DNA of 64,000 nucleotides from assembly GCA_964016885.1 (NCBI GenBank), contig OZ024742.1:254820001-254884000 (forward strand), given 5' to 3'. Position numbers and translations under genes: made by a program. Of this stretch, positions 51,930 through 64,000 are shown piece after piece. The stretch is from Eledone cirrhosa. Its lineage: Eukaryota. A model generated the notes under the pieces. The model did no database searches. It was not told where the DNA came from and was given only the letters and a program-made list of their open reading frames with translations. Every line of letters starts with the position of its first letter. Within the stretch, counting starts at the first letter, position 1.

Positions 51930-52835
51930 CCAATACAATCGCTGTGCGGGAGAAGCCAATCTGTGTGTCTCTCCACTGAAACTTGCAGAAGGGTTGTCAA
52001 AGAGGAAGTTAAGTATCCCCCGGAATACGGATTGAATAAAATTTTATTATACCTGAGAAGACCAAGAGAAAGGTTGTGGCTGAGAAAATGCTGCAGAAGA
52101 TAAAAACAACCCACATTTTCTGAATCTGCTGTGGACCTCAGATGAAGCCCCCTTTCACTTGGATGGGAAGATCAATTCTAAGAAGAATGTGTTCTGGGTG
52201 TCAGAGAAACTCACTGAAGTGGCGGTGAAACCTCTCCACTCTGCTAAATGTATTACTGGGCTGCCATTTCTGGGAGAAAATTGATTGGTAAATTGGAACG
52301 CTATGTGTAGGTCCTGAAAGACTTAAAAAGTGAGCTACAAACCATGTACAGATCAGTGGTGAATAAATTCTGGTTCGAGCAAGAAGGAGTAAGCTCTCAC
52401 ACCTCCAATAAGTCACGAAAATGGCTGGAAAATAAAATTGCAAATCCTTTTAAGACTGATTTTTTAGTGAGCCGCACATAGCCCTAATTTAGTCCCCCAG
52501 ATTTATATATTTGGGACTAGCTGAAAGATAGGATACACGTCGAAATCACTGACCCAAAGGAAAATATCAGGGAGGCGATCAGAGTAATCCCTAGGTCTGT
52601 TTGTAAAGACGTTATGCTATACTTCACCATGTACCTCGACAAATGCATGGAGTCAAATGGAGATCACTTTGAACATGTGCTGTAACTCTGGACAGATAAC
52701 CAGAATATACTGAATATTTGATAGGTTATTTTTAATGTGTTGAGATAAATATATTCGGAGATTCCTCAGTTTTTGTCGAAACATGAATAAGTTAGACAAA
52801 TATAAAATGAGGCCAGTTTTTTTAATCAACCAGTA
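51930..52835 (+). mobile_element. Degenerate Tc1/mariner transposase (rosa/DD41D-like)
   Basis: WTSDEAPFHLDGKINSKKNVFW, WFEQEG.SSHT, HSPNLVP.D..IW..LK, GDHFEHVL*. Many frameshifts. Confidence 0.75.
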
Positions 52836-52897
52836 CACACACACACAAACATGTGATACATGCATATAAATACACATGCACATACACACACACGCAA

Positions 52898-52928
<31 letters not shown>

Positions 52929-52955
52929 CATATATATATACATACATATATATAT

Positions 52956-53020
<65 letters not shown>

Positions 53021-53023
<3 letters not shown>

Positions 53024-53730
53024 GTGAAAAAATGGGGAGAAGAATACTGCTGGTAGCACATGGATAACATGTAATAAAATAATATAAGTCCCTCATCAGT
53101 GATTTGCCGACGATCATAGATATTTCATTGCATTAAAAATCATATACCTCACGTCGGTGCAATAATAACTAAATTAAGTTATTAGGACAATTAAAACGCG
53201 TAAAGCGAGTGAGACGAGATAACAACAAAGAGGATAGCTAACCGTAGAGGGAAGGGAACAAGCTTCATAGTTATTCTGTTAGCATAAGCTAGGTGAATAT
53301 ATGAGCGCTTAGAAAATAGACCTTTCAGCAGCGAATTCAAATGTGAGTGAGAAAGAAAATGATTTCGTTGCGAACGGGGTGAAGTGAGAAGAGGAGAAAC
53401 AGTGAGTGAGTGAATGGAAGTGTGAGGAAGAGTTAACGGACATGACAGAGGGGGCGAAAGAAAGTAGGAGAAACAGAGGGAGCAGTAAGAGAGAGAGAGG
53501 GAGAGAGAAAAAAAACAGAAGCGCAGTATAGGTAAATATACGTGAAAAAATGGGGAGAAGAATACTGCTGGTAGCACATGGATAACATGTAATAAAATAA
53601 TATAAGTCCCTCATCAGTGATTTGCCGACGATCATAGATATTTCATTGCATTAAAAATCATATACCTCACGTCGGTGCAATAATAACTAAATTAAGTTAT
53701 TAGGACAATTAAAACGCGTAAAGCGAGTGA
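53021..53730 (-). repeat. ~190-bp near-identical direct repeats (53021-53212, 53539-53730), period 518 bp, pLTR-like
   Basis: Direct comparison. Contains CTGATGA on minus. Related to 1633-1705 and 54585-54690. Confidence 0.8.
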
Positions 53731-53750
53731 TATATATATATATATATATA

Positions 53751-54487
53751 GTAATAATAATAAATTTGAAGACTAAAATCCAAAGAGGGCTCGATAAGGA
53801 TAAATATATATCAAATATATAAGAACCGTAGAGCAAATATTTATGTGTGTGTGCGCTTGTTATATACGTATTTATTTATTTATATACGTTTATTTAATTA
53901 TTTATTTATTTGTATACGCGCACACACACACATATTTATATGTGCGTGGTTTTGTATACCTATGGCGAGTGTTTTCACGTATGCTTGTGTATGTACGTAT
54001 TTGGACGCGTGTATGTATTTATTTCATTTCAATTACCTCTTAACTCTGAAGCGAAGAATCATTCGGTTTTCTAGTTAGAATTTTAGTCTATGACTTCAGT
54101 TATACCATTTAAGTGGTTTTGTCTTTGCGTGCAATTGTTCTCCATACTCCACATATGACGTATTATCTTCGTTTTTTCCGTTCATTGCCATAGAACGTCT
54201 CTATGAACCACCTAAGAGAACATTAGTCTACGACTTCTTTTATACCATAAACGTGGTCCTGTTTTTGCGTGTAATTGTTTTTCACCGCTCCTATTAATGA
54301 CGTTCCCGTTCTTTGCCAGGGAACGTTTCCACGAACCAAAGTATCGTCTTCCTGTCTTCCTCCGGTTGCAAGGTTTTTTGAAATATCCACTTCTGCGTTT
54401 ACAGATTGACTTTGTTAGTTTCAGAAGATCCCGTTAAGGGTGAAAGCAGCGATTCTTTGCTTAAACTTTAATCTGTTATTTTAATAA

Positions 54488-54490
<3 letters not shown>
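53751..54490 (+). mobile_element. Naiad-PLE 3' region/pLTR with inverted end (53751-53842)
   Basis: Reverse complement of 14886-15450. The inverted end matches 1075-1167 and 16470-16563. Confidence 0.85.
54401..54476 (+). ncRNA. Hammerhead ribozyme fold with variant core CAGAAGA
   Basis: ACAGATTGA-ctttgtt-AGTTT CAGAAGA T-CCC-gttaa-GGG-T GAAA GCA-gcgattctt-TGC TT AAACT TTAATCTGT. Confidence 0.7.
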
Positions 54491-54519
<29 letters not shown>

Positions 54520-54778
54520 AATGGTGAGCTGTGTTGTTGCAATTAAGTATAAAAAAGGAAGAATTAGAAATAGAAGTTAGGAATATCCATCATCAGTTGT
54601 CTACTAGGCATCATAGGTATTTCTTCGCATTACAGACAATATACCTCCGCCTAAGGCGATACAATAACTAAAATAAGTTATTGGGATAAAAAGAGTTAGG
54701 TGGAGAAAGAGAAAGACATGTAAACAGACACGAATGGTGAGGCAACGTAAAGAGCGGAAAAAATTAAAAAATTATATA

Positions 54779-55024
<246 letters not shown>

Positions 55025-55518
55025 GGGAAATTAACAACGAAAAGCAACGAAGCAAGGAAAAACGAAAAAAAGCTTTTGCAAGGGAAACCTTAAAAAGAGA
55101 TTATTGAAAATAAAAATACAAACGAAAGACACGGAACTCCAAGGTTTTCAGGTGCTCGGATGGATTTCTGGTGGTTTCTCTGCCTCAACTGACAGTATTG
55201 CTGTTTCACCCGTGGCCACAGCGTCTGGAATAAACAAAAGCGCTGTCCTTAGAGGAAGAAAAAAGACAAAACAATAACTGATTGCAATTAAGCTATAACA
55301 TGTTCACACAGAATTTTATGTGATGTCTGGGAGAAGTTATTGTATTTTTATAGGACGTAAGTCTTGTGAGACTGCAACAAAAGAAGAGAAAATAGAACAA
55401 AAGAAGAAGGAAAAAGGCAAGAAGAAGAAAGTAATATATCATGATAGAAAATATAAACTATTGAACTTATTGAGGCGAGGGAGAAGGGAGAACACATTCG
55501 ACATAGATTAGTAATAAT

Positions 55519-55710
55519 GATTTCAAGTATAGGCACAAGGCCAGTAATTTGGGGGAAGAGAAAGTCGATTAAATCGACCCCAGTACGTTACTGGTGCTTG
55601 ATTTTATCGACCCCGTAAGGATGAAAGGCAAAGTTAACCTCGGCGGGATTTGAGCTCATGCTACAAAGCATGGTGTCCGACTCTCCATCGATACTGCCAA
55701 TCACCCGCCC
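55519..55710 (-). mobile_element. SINE S2 with target-site duplication
   Basis: ACATAGATTAGTAATAAT occurs at 55501-55518 and again at 55712-55729. Confidence 0.88.
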
Positions 55711-55981
55711 TACATAGATTAGTAATAATAAACGTAGGAAAATTAATAAACAGAAGTCAAGACAACGAATGAAAACAAGGCAAAGCAGAAAAACAAATTT
55801 TGCAAATGAAAATACAAACAAAAGACACAGAACTCAAAGATCTTCAGCCGGTGAGATGTACTTCTGTCAGTTTCAACCCCTATCGGTGGTACTTCTGGTC
55901 CATCTGAGGTCACAGCATCTAACACAAGGCAAAGTACTGTCCGTAAAGTAAGAGACAATACAAAACAATTATATATATATA

Positions 55982-56062
<81 letters not shown>

Positions 56063-56121
56063 GAGAGAATAAGTAAAATGCGAAGCTCGGTGTTGATATT
56101 AAAGAGTCCTTTATTAACAAA

Positions 56122-56202
56122 GCTGTGATACATATTTCAATTATGATCGTGGCTACGGGATTTTTCAATCATACAATCAGACATAGGATATCATCAGACA
56201 GC
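56122..56202 (-). ncRNA. Hammerhead motif with a 52-nt stem II region; second copy at 56940-56990
   Basis: GCTGT CTGATGA [52 nt] GAAA TA-tg-TA TC ACAGC. Second copy: GCTGT CTGAAGA GATTACGAT-gttt-ATCGTCATT GAAA. Confidence 0.6.
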
Positions 56203-56214
56203 AATTTATGTAAT

Positions 56215-56279
56215 AAGTAATATGGCGTTGAGTGCTAGAAGTGAATTGCATCCTTGTATACCGAATATATATATATATG

Positions 56280-56364
<85 letters not shown>

Positions 56365-56732
56365 TCTGTAGATGTAGTTGCGCATAATCTGTAGCAGTGT
56401 TACGTAAGTGAGGATTGAGTGGGAAATATATATACGTTTGTAAATGAATCTCTGAACGTAACCCTTATATTCATAGAGCTATCGATCTTGTAATCCAATC
56501 CAAAGACAAGGGAACGGCCAGATATGATGTTTTCATAGTCGAAGTTCGTTCCCTTTGGCTATGAAAACATCATTTCTGTCCGTTCCCTTGTCTTTGGATT
56601 GGATTACAAGATCGATAGCTCTATGAATATAAAGGTTACGTTCAGAGATTCATTTACAAACGTATATATATCCCCCACTCAATCCTCACTTACGTAACAC
56701 TGCTACAGATTATGCGCAACTACATCTACAGA

Positions 56733-56810
<78 letters not shown>

Positions 56811-56860
56811 TCGGTATACAAGGATGCAATTCACTTCTAGCACTCAACGCCATATTACTT
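56215..56860. repeat. ~646-bp palindrome including (GT)n/(AC)n arms
   Basis: Arms are reverse complements around a spacer at about 56545-56552, with few mismatches. Confidence 0.95.
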
Positions 56861-57079
56861 CCTTAGAACAGGGGTGACCGATTATATCAATAAAGATGAA
56901 AATGCGAAGTTGAAAATGTTAGAGTCTTTTATTAATTGAGACGTTACATATATTTCAATGACGATAAACATCGTAATCTCTTCAGACAGCAAAAATTGAT
57001 TAAAAGGTAACATTTCTGAGGTAATTTTATGTGGAAGGGAAAGGACTAAAAAAATTGTGTTTATATATATGTGTGTGCT

Positions 57080-57110
<31 letters not shown>

Positions 57111-58388
57111 GTTATACAGAAATAACAACAAAATCGGTACAGTATATGGAAGGAATATATTAGGTGAACGCTTGAAATAGCAGGAAGAGGGTCTTAACAT
57201 TTCGGATATATATATATAAACTCCGTGAAAGAAGGGGAGATGTGTCGTGATAAAATTACGTAACTTAACAGAAAGGGAGGGGAAATGTAGGCATCAAGAA
57301 TGATATAACATTGGTAAGAAGTCAAAAAACCACTTTGATCATCACCCTTCGAAATGGACGTCAAGAGATTCGCCTCCTTTTCGAATGTAACTGGCCCTTT
57401 TCGTTACGTAGTGTACGACGATAATGCCGTACATCTAATTCCTTACACTTAAGTTTTGTTACTTGTTGCCAATATTATATTATCGGTCTTGACGCTCGTA
57501 AGTAATTCCGCTCTTCTTCTGTTGTTAAGTGGCATTTATTTATATGTATATGTATATATATATATCTATCTATATGTGTGTGTGTGTGCGTGTGTGTGCG
57601 AGTGGGGGTGTATATATATATAGAGAGAGAGATAAAGTAAACGGCAACACCAAATTTCTCACACATACATACAATCATGTATATATATGTATGTGTGTGT
57701 GTGTTCAGTGCCCTTTTTTACCGAATGAAACAGAAATTGTCCTGGACATGTCACTTCGCAATAAAATAAAATTTCCCTTCTGCTTGATATATTGTGTACC
57801 CTACATTAATTTGGATTCTCTTCCATTATCAGAATGTCATTTGACTAGACTGACTTTCATAAACACTTTTTTATATCATTTACGTAGCTATTTGCAATAC
57901 AAGTTTTGCCAGTCGTTAACAGTCAGTTGCTGAAATTTATATTACAAGTAACTACTTTTAATGATATAAAATAAAATAAATTATTGCTATACTCTATGTA
58001 GGCCTGTCGATAGATGTTTGTAATCTGTAAAACGTATACGAGTATATTACATATAACAACTACATATATACGAGTATACGAGCGAGAGCCAACAAGTAAT
58101 GCAATTTTTATCGTATCTGCTGCATGTTTCAATGAAAATATCAAAGCTATTGTGCTGATGTAAAAGCACAAACACTTTTGATCGTTAATTATCGAATTTT
58201 GTTTTTTTGATTTTTCATATATAGGAATAAATGAACTGACTTACATACATATGTACATACATAAATACATAAATACAATGTATTTATGTATGTATGTATG
58301 TATATATTTAATACATACATACATACATACATACATACATACATACATACATACATACATACATACATACATACATACATACATACAT

Positions 58389-58750
58389 GTAACTGCCTCT
58401 TTACAAATCTTGAGAAGCTAGGCTTCACAGGAACAGACGGAACACAACTAGTTAGGAAATTACAAGTACAATCCATTAATGGAACAGTAAGAATATGTAA
58501 AATATTCCAAAAATGTTGCATCTAATAACTGTATATACACATGCACAGATGCAAAGCATATACACATGCACACATACAACGCAAAACATCCACATCCACA
58601 CATACAATAACATCCATATCTACACATGCATGCATACATAATCTACCTAGTTGATGTTGTGTAAATTCCAATAAGAGAGTCTTGTGTCTATGTTAGAAAC
58701 CGACTCTCTCTCTATTGGGAAAAAAATTGTGAAATTATAAAACCAGAAGA
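58389..58750 (+). mobile_element. 3' end of a (TACA)n-associated R4-type element
   Basis: NLEKLGFTG..LQVQSINGTVRICKIF plus a 3'UTR shared with 61100-61411 and 62190-62523. Confidence 0.85.
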
Positions 58751-58903
58751 ACATACATAAATGCATACATAAATACATAAATACATACATAAATACATAC
58801 ATACATACATACATACATACATGGTGGCTGCCAACTCGTTTTCGAGTACGCCCACTACTTTATATCCATGCAGGAGAACCCCTACCGATACAATGAACGA
58901 GTG

Positions 58904-61411
58904 ATAGGAAAACTCCAAGATAAGAAAACACCAGGAAGAGACATGATTGTCGGCTACTAGTACAAAAAACTGATATTCTATCGGAGGTATCTTACAGACC
59001 TCTACCAAGTTCTTAAGGGAGATACACTTATACCAGAATGGTTGACATTAGCACAAATATTACTGGTCCCCAAGAACAAAGACTCACAAGTGGCAAAAAA
59101 CTACCGATCCATTGCATGCCAGAACCTGATGTATGAGATGTATACAGCCTGCCTGAACCTATTCCTCCAAGATCACTGTGAAAATAATAACATCATCACA
59201 GATGAACAAGCAGTTGGAAAGAAAGGGGTTTGGGGATGTGCTGAATAACTCTTAATCAACAAAACTGCGATGTCGGAGGTGCGACAACTTAGGAGGAATA
59301 TGGCTACAGTCTGACTGGACTACAGGAAAGCTTTCGATTCTGTTCCCCACTCTTGGATGATAGAGGCCCTCCGACTTGCTAAAGTCCCAGACATTATTAT
59401 CAGAGCCATAGAGAAGCTGTCTTCTCCTTGGGCAACTATCCTAAAGTTACAGACAGAGAAGGAGGACTCTATTTTCACTGATAAAATAAAATATTACAGG
59501 GGTATATTTCAGGGGGACAGTCTCTCTGTGATATTATTCATCTTGTCATAAACCCCTTGTCCTTTCTGCTCAAGAAATGTGAAGGATACATCATTGGCTC
59601 ACATGAGGACAGAAATACGAACCTAACCCATAATTTCTTTGTGGATGGTCTGAAACTCTATGCCAAGAACATGGATGGGATGAAGAAAAGTCTTGAACTG
59701 ATTACAACATTCTCAACGGATATAGGAATAGAGTTTGGCCAAGATAAATGTTCATATATGACTGTAAAGCGGGGAAAAACAACAACCCAATCTAGCAACA
59801 ATGTCATCAATGGCCTAACTGTCTCACCAATATCTGATGAGGACTGCTACAGATACCTGGGGATAGATGAGAACATATCCTATAATAGTATCTGTAATAA
59901 AGAACGCGTAACCAAGGAATACTATACCCGATTAAGGAAGATTTGGTCATCGGAACTCTCTGCGTAAAACAAAACAGTGGCTCACAATGTGTTTGCTGAG
60001 CCTGTCCTAACACCAACTTTTGGAATACTCAATTGGACGATAGACGAAATCCGAGCGATTGATGTTAGAACTCGAAAAATACTAAACAACACCGGAAACT
60101 TTCACATCAACAGTGACATAGACCTCCTTTACCTGAAACGTAAGCAGGGAGGCAGAGGCTTAACATCAGTCCAGACATCATTTGAATGTCGCATCCTATC
60201 CCTTCGACAACATCTACGAACCTCAAAGCGTAGGAGCCAGTCTCTCGATCAAGTCTATCTGCATCAAACAGATAAGATCATGAGAGTTGGGAAGGAACTG
60301 CTCGAGAGGTATTCCCTGTGTGATAATCAAAATCTCACACCCAGGGAAGTCACTCAGCAGTATTGCAGTGAATCTATGGATGAAAAACTGCATGCTTATC
60401 AGCAAAAAATCATGCATGGATATGTTGTCAGGAGGCTCCAGAGTGAGAGTAATATAGATAAAGAAAGTAGTCTATCTAGGACCAACCACCGCTATATTAG
60501 CTCCCACTTTGAAGGATACGCTTTTGCAACCCAAGAACAGGAAATCAACACCAAATACCTGATTCACAAAAGAGATAGGGATGCAGGCAAAACACCTAGA
60601 TGTGATAATAAGTGCAGACTCTGCAGAACTAACATCAAGGATATCACTCATATCATAAGCAGCTGTCCAAAGATGTCATCACGGTACTATCTACCTATGA
60701 GGCATGATGTAGTGGCCAAAACACTGTACAATGCAATCCGTAGAAAAGATAGCCCCGATAATAAACATTAAAAGCTACAGCAATGTGGAAGACATACATA
60801 TACATAATATGAAAGAGTACTGGTGGAATGTTCCAGTAAAATCACAAATAAAATGCAGGCATAACAGAACATATATTATATGGGACAGGGAAAAGAAAGC
60901 ATGCACAGTAGTGGCAGTTAGCTGCCCAGCAGATGCCAATATAATATCAAAGATTAGCGAAAAGGAGAATATTTATACAGAACTGATGAGAAATCTGCAG
61001 ACACTTCACCCTGATTATACCATCAGATTTATGCCTGTGGTAATTGGGTCACTGGGGTTTGTTAGTAACTGCCACAATACAAATATTGAGAAGCAAAAAC
61101 ACAACTAGTTAGGAATTTACAAATACAATCCAATAATGGAACAGTAAAAATATGTAAATCATTCCAAACGTTTTGCATCTAATATCTCCATATACACATG
61201 TACAGATACTAAGCATATACATGTACACATACTACTCAAAACAACCACATCCACGCATACAATAACATCAATATATACACATGCATGCAGGCATGCATAC
61301 ATATCTACCTAGTTGATGTTGTGTAAATTCCAATGAGAGAGTCTTGTGTCTATGTTAGAAACCGACTTTCTCTCTATTGGCAAAAATGTCTGAAATTATA
61401 AAACCAGAAGA
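58904..61411 (+). mobile_element. 5'-truncated degenerate R4-type RT-RLE element, (TACA)n family
   Basis: NYRSIAC, DYRKAFD, IFQGDSLS, FVDGLKLY, YRYLG, GGRGL, CRLC..DITHIISSC, RHD. Confidence 0.9.
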
Positions 61412-61441
61412 ATATACATACATACATGCATGTATACATAC

Positions 61442-62523
61442 ATAATCAAAATCTCACACCCAGGGATGTCGCTCAGCAGTATCGCAGTGAATCCATGGAT
61501 GAAAAACTGCATGCCTATCAGCAAAAAATCATGCATGGATATGTTGCCAGGAAGCGCCAGAGTGAGAGTAATATAGATAAGGAAAGTAGTCTATCTTGGA
61601 CCAACAACCGCTATATTGGCTCCCACTTTGAATGATACGCTTTTGCGATCCAAGAACAGGAGATGAGCACGAAATACCTGATTCACAAAAGAGATAGGGA
61701 TGCAGGCAAAACACCTAGATGTGATAACAAGTGCAGACTCTGCAGAACTAACATCGAGGATATCACCCATGTCATCAGCAGCTGCCCAAAGATGTCATCG
61801 CGGTACTATCTACCTATGAGGCATGATGTAGTGGCCAAAACACTGTACAATGCAGTTCGTAAAAAAGATAGCGCCGATAATAAATACATTAAAAGCTACA
61901 ACAATGTGGAAGACATCCATGTACATAATATGAAAGAGTACTGGTGGAATGTTCCAGTAAAAACCCCAATAAAATGCAAGCATAACAGACCAGATATTAT
62001 GATATGGGACAGGGAGAAGAAAACATGCACAGTAGTGGAAATTAGCTGCCCAGCAGATGCCAATATAATATCAAAGATTAGTGAAAAGGAGAATATTTAT
62101 GCAGAACTGATGAGAAATCTGCAGATACTCCACCCTGATTACACCTTCAGATTTATGCCTGTGATTGTTGGGACACTGGGATATGTTAGTAACTGCCTCA
62201 ATACAAATCTTGAGAAGCTAGGCTTCACAGGAACAGAAAGAACACAACTAGTACAAGTACAATCCATTAATGGAACAGTAAAAATATGTAAAACATTCCA
62301 AAAATTTTGCATCTAATAACTGCATATACAGATGTACAAATACAACTCAAACCATACACATCCACACATACAATAATATCCATATCTACACATGCATGCA
62401 TGCAGACATACATATCTACCTAGTTGATGTTGTGTAAATTCCAATGAGAGAGTCTTGTGTCTATGTTAGAAACCGACTCTCTCTCTATTGGTAAAACTTT
62501 GTGAAATTATAAAACCAGAAGAA
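61442..62523 (+). mobile_element. 5'-truncated R4-type element, (TACA)n family
   Basis: CRLCRTNIEDITHVISSC, RHD, NRPDIMIWD..VVEISCP, EKENIYAEL. (TACA)n flanks. Confidence 0.9.
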
Positions 62524-62554
62524 CATACATACATACATTCCTACATACATACAT

Positions 62555-63232
62555 GGTGGCTGCCAACTCGTTTACGAGTATGGCCACTACTTTATATCCA
62601 TGTAGGAGAACTCCTACCGATGCGCTGAACGAGTGTGACTTTTTAGTCCAGCCAGCAACTTGAAAACTCTGGTACAAACATTACACTTGTGACAATTTTT
62701 GACACATAGTGCTGGGCCCATGGTACCATGTGACGACAAGTGCAGAGAGATCCCCAGACATAAAGCAATGCCTGTGCCGTGAAGCTTTTATAGTGAGCAA
62801 AAGCATTGCACAAAGCCAGTCCCACTCTCTTAACCAAGATGATATTTAGCAAAAAGAAGAACAAGTCAACATCATTGGATACCATCAGAGTTGCAGGTGT
62901 TATATCAGAGTTTTCCTTCCCCTAGAATTCTGCCTTGACAAAGGCTAAGGGGTCATATCTCCCGGATATTTTGGATGGCCATTGACTCTTAAGAGATCCT
63001 TTGCCCTTTGACAGGTTTTGTTTTTAGTCCTGCAGGATGTCCAAAGTCACCCTCCTCACCACGAAACCTTGGTGGGGTTGCCAGTTTAGTCGCCAACGAC
63101 CCAACCATGAGACAGGTTGTACTGGCATACATGTTACCAGTAGCACCAACTGGTGACCTGACATACATACATAAATATATACATACATACATACATAAAT
63201 AAATACATACATACACACATACATACACACAT

Positions 63233-63265
<33 letters not shown>

Positions 63266-64000
63266 CATATACATACATACATATATGGTGGCTGCCAACT
63301 TGTTTTCGAGTACGGCCACTACCTTACATCCATGTAGGAGAACCCCTACTGATGCGCTGAACAAGTATGACTTTTTAGTCCAGCCAGCGACTTGAAAACT
63401 CTGGTACAAACACTATACTTGTGACAATTACTGACACATAGTGCTGGGCCCATGGTACCAGGTGATGACATGTGCAGAGAGATCTCCAGATACAAAGCAA
63501 TGCCTGTGCCGTGAAGCTTTTATAGCGAGCAAAGGCACTGCACAAAGCCAGTCCCACTCTCTTAACCAAGATGATATTTACCAAAAAGAAGAATAAGTCA
63601 ACATCATTAGATAACATCAGGGTTGCAGGTGTTATATCAGAGTTTTCCTTCTCCTAGAATTCTGCTTTGACAAAAGCTAAGGGGTCATCTCTCCCGGATA
63701 TTTTGGATGGCCATTGACTCTTAAGAGCTCCTTTGCTCTTTGACAGGTTTTGTTTTTAGTCCTGCAGGATGTCCAAAGTCACCCTTCTCACGAAGAAACC
63801 TTGGTGGGGTTGCCAGTTTAGTCGCCAACGACCCGACCATGAGACAGGTTGTACTGGGATACATATTACCAGTAGCACCAACTGGTGACCTGACATACAT
63901 ACATACATACATACATACATACATACATACATACATACATACATACATACATACATACATGGTGGCTGCCAACTCATTTTCGAGTACGTCCACTACTTTA
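62555..64000 (-). mobile_element. Tandem ~608-bp non-coding retroposon (62555-63162, 63287-63894, 63961 onward; 3' piece at 58823-58903)
   Basis: Units are separated by (TACA)n. Contain CTAGGRGAAGGAAAACTCTG, resembling RTE 5'UTRs. The short copy keeps only the left end, which implies minus orientation. Confidence 0.75.

Noticed and set aside
62643-63617. Duplicated 80-aa minus-strand ORFs
   Set aside because: They lie inside similar repeat units, have no recognisable motif, and one starts at a non-ATG codon.

Overview
Animal genomic DNA, very AT-rich and full of microsatellites. The SINE types and (TA)n/(TACA)n content suggest a cephalopod (Octopus-like); that is an inference. No host gene can be supported, and most short ORFs are microsatellite translations. 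The window is almost entirely mobile DNA, sorted by microsatellite. (1) At about 28.4-50.1 kb an (AAT)n array holds R4/Dong-type RT+RLE retrotransposons, all on +, one near intact at 38.6-42.3 kb. They alternate with Tx1-type L1-clade elements and a SINE, all on -. The SINE 3' end resembles the Tx1 3' end. (2) At 58.3-64 kb a (TACA)n array holds a second R4-type family (+) and a ~610-bp non-coding retroposon (-) whose 5' end folds partly like an HDV ribozyme. (3) (TA)n tracts hold many Penelope-like (PLE) pieces: a Naiad-type GIY-YIG remnant, tandem and inverted pLTRs, two large palindromes, and about a dozen hammerhead ribozyme (HHR) motifs, including a recurring CAGAAGA core variant. Also present: a Helitron, a Tc1/mariner remnant, RTE remnants, MITEs and minisatellites. 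All RNA folds and alignments were done by eye.
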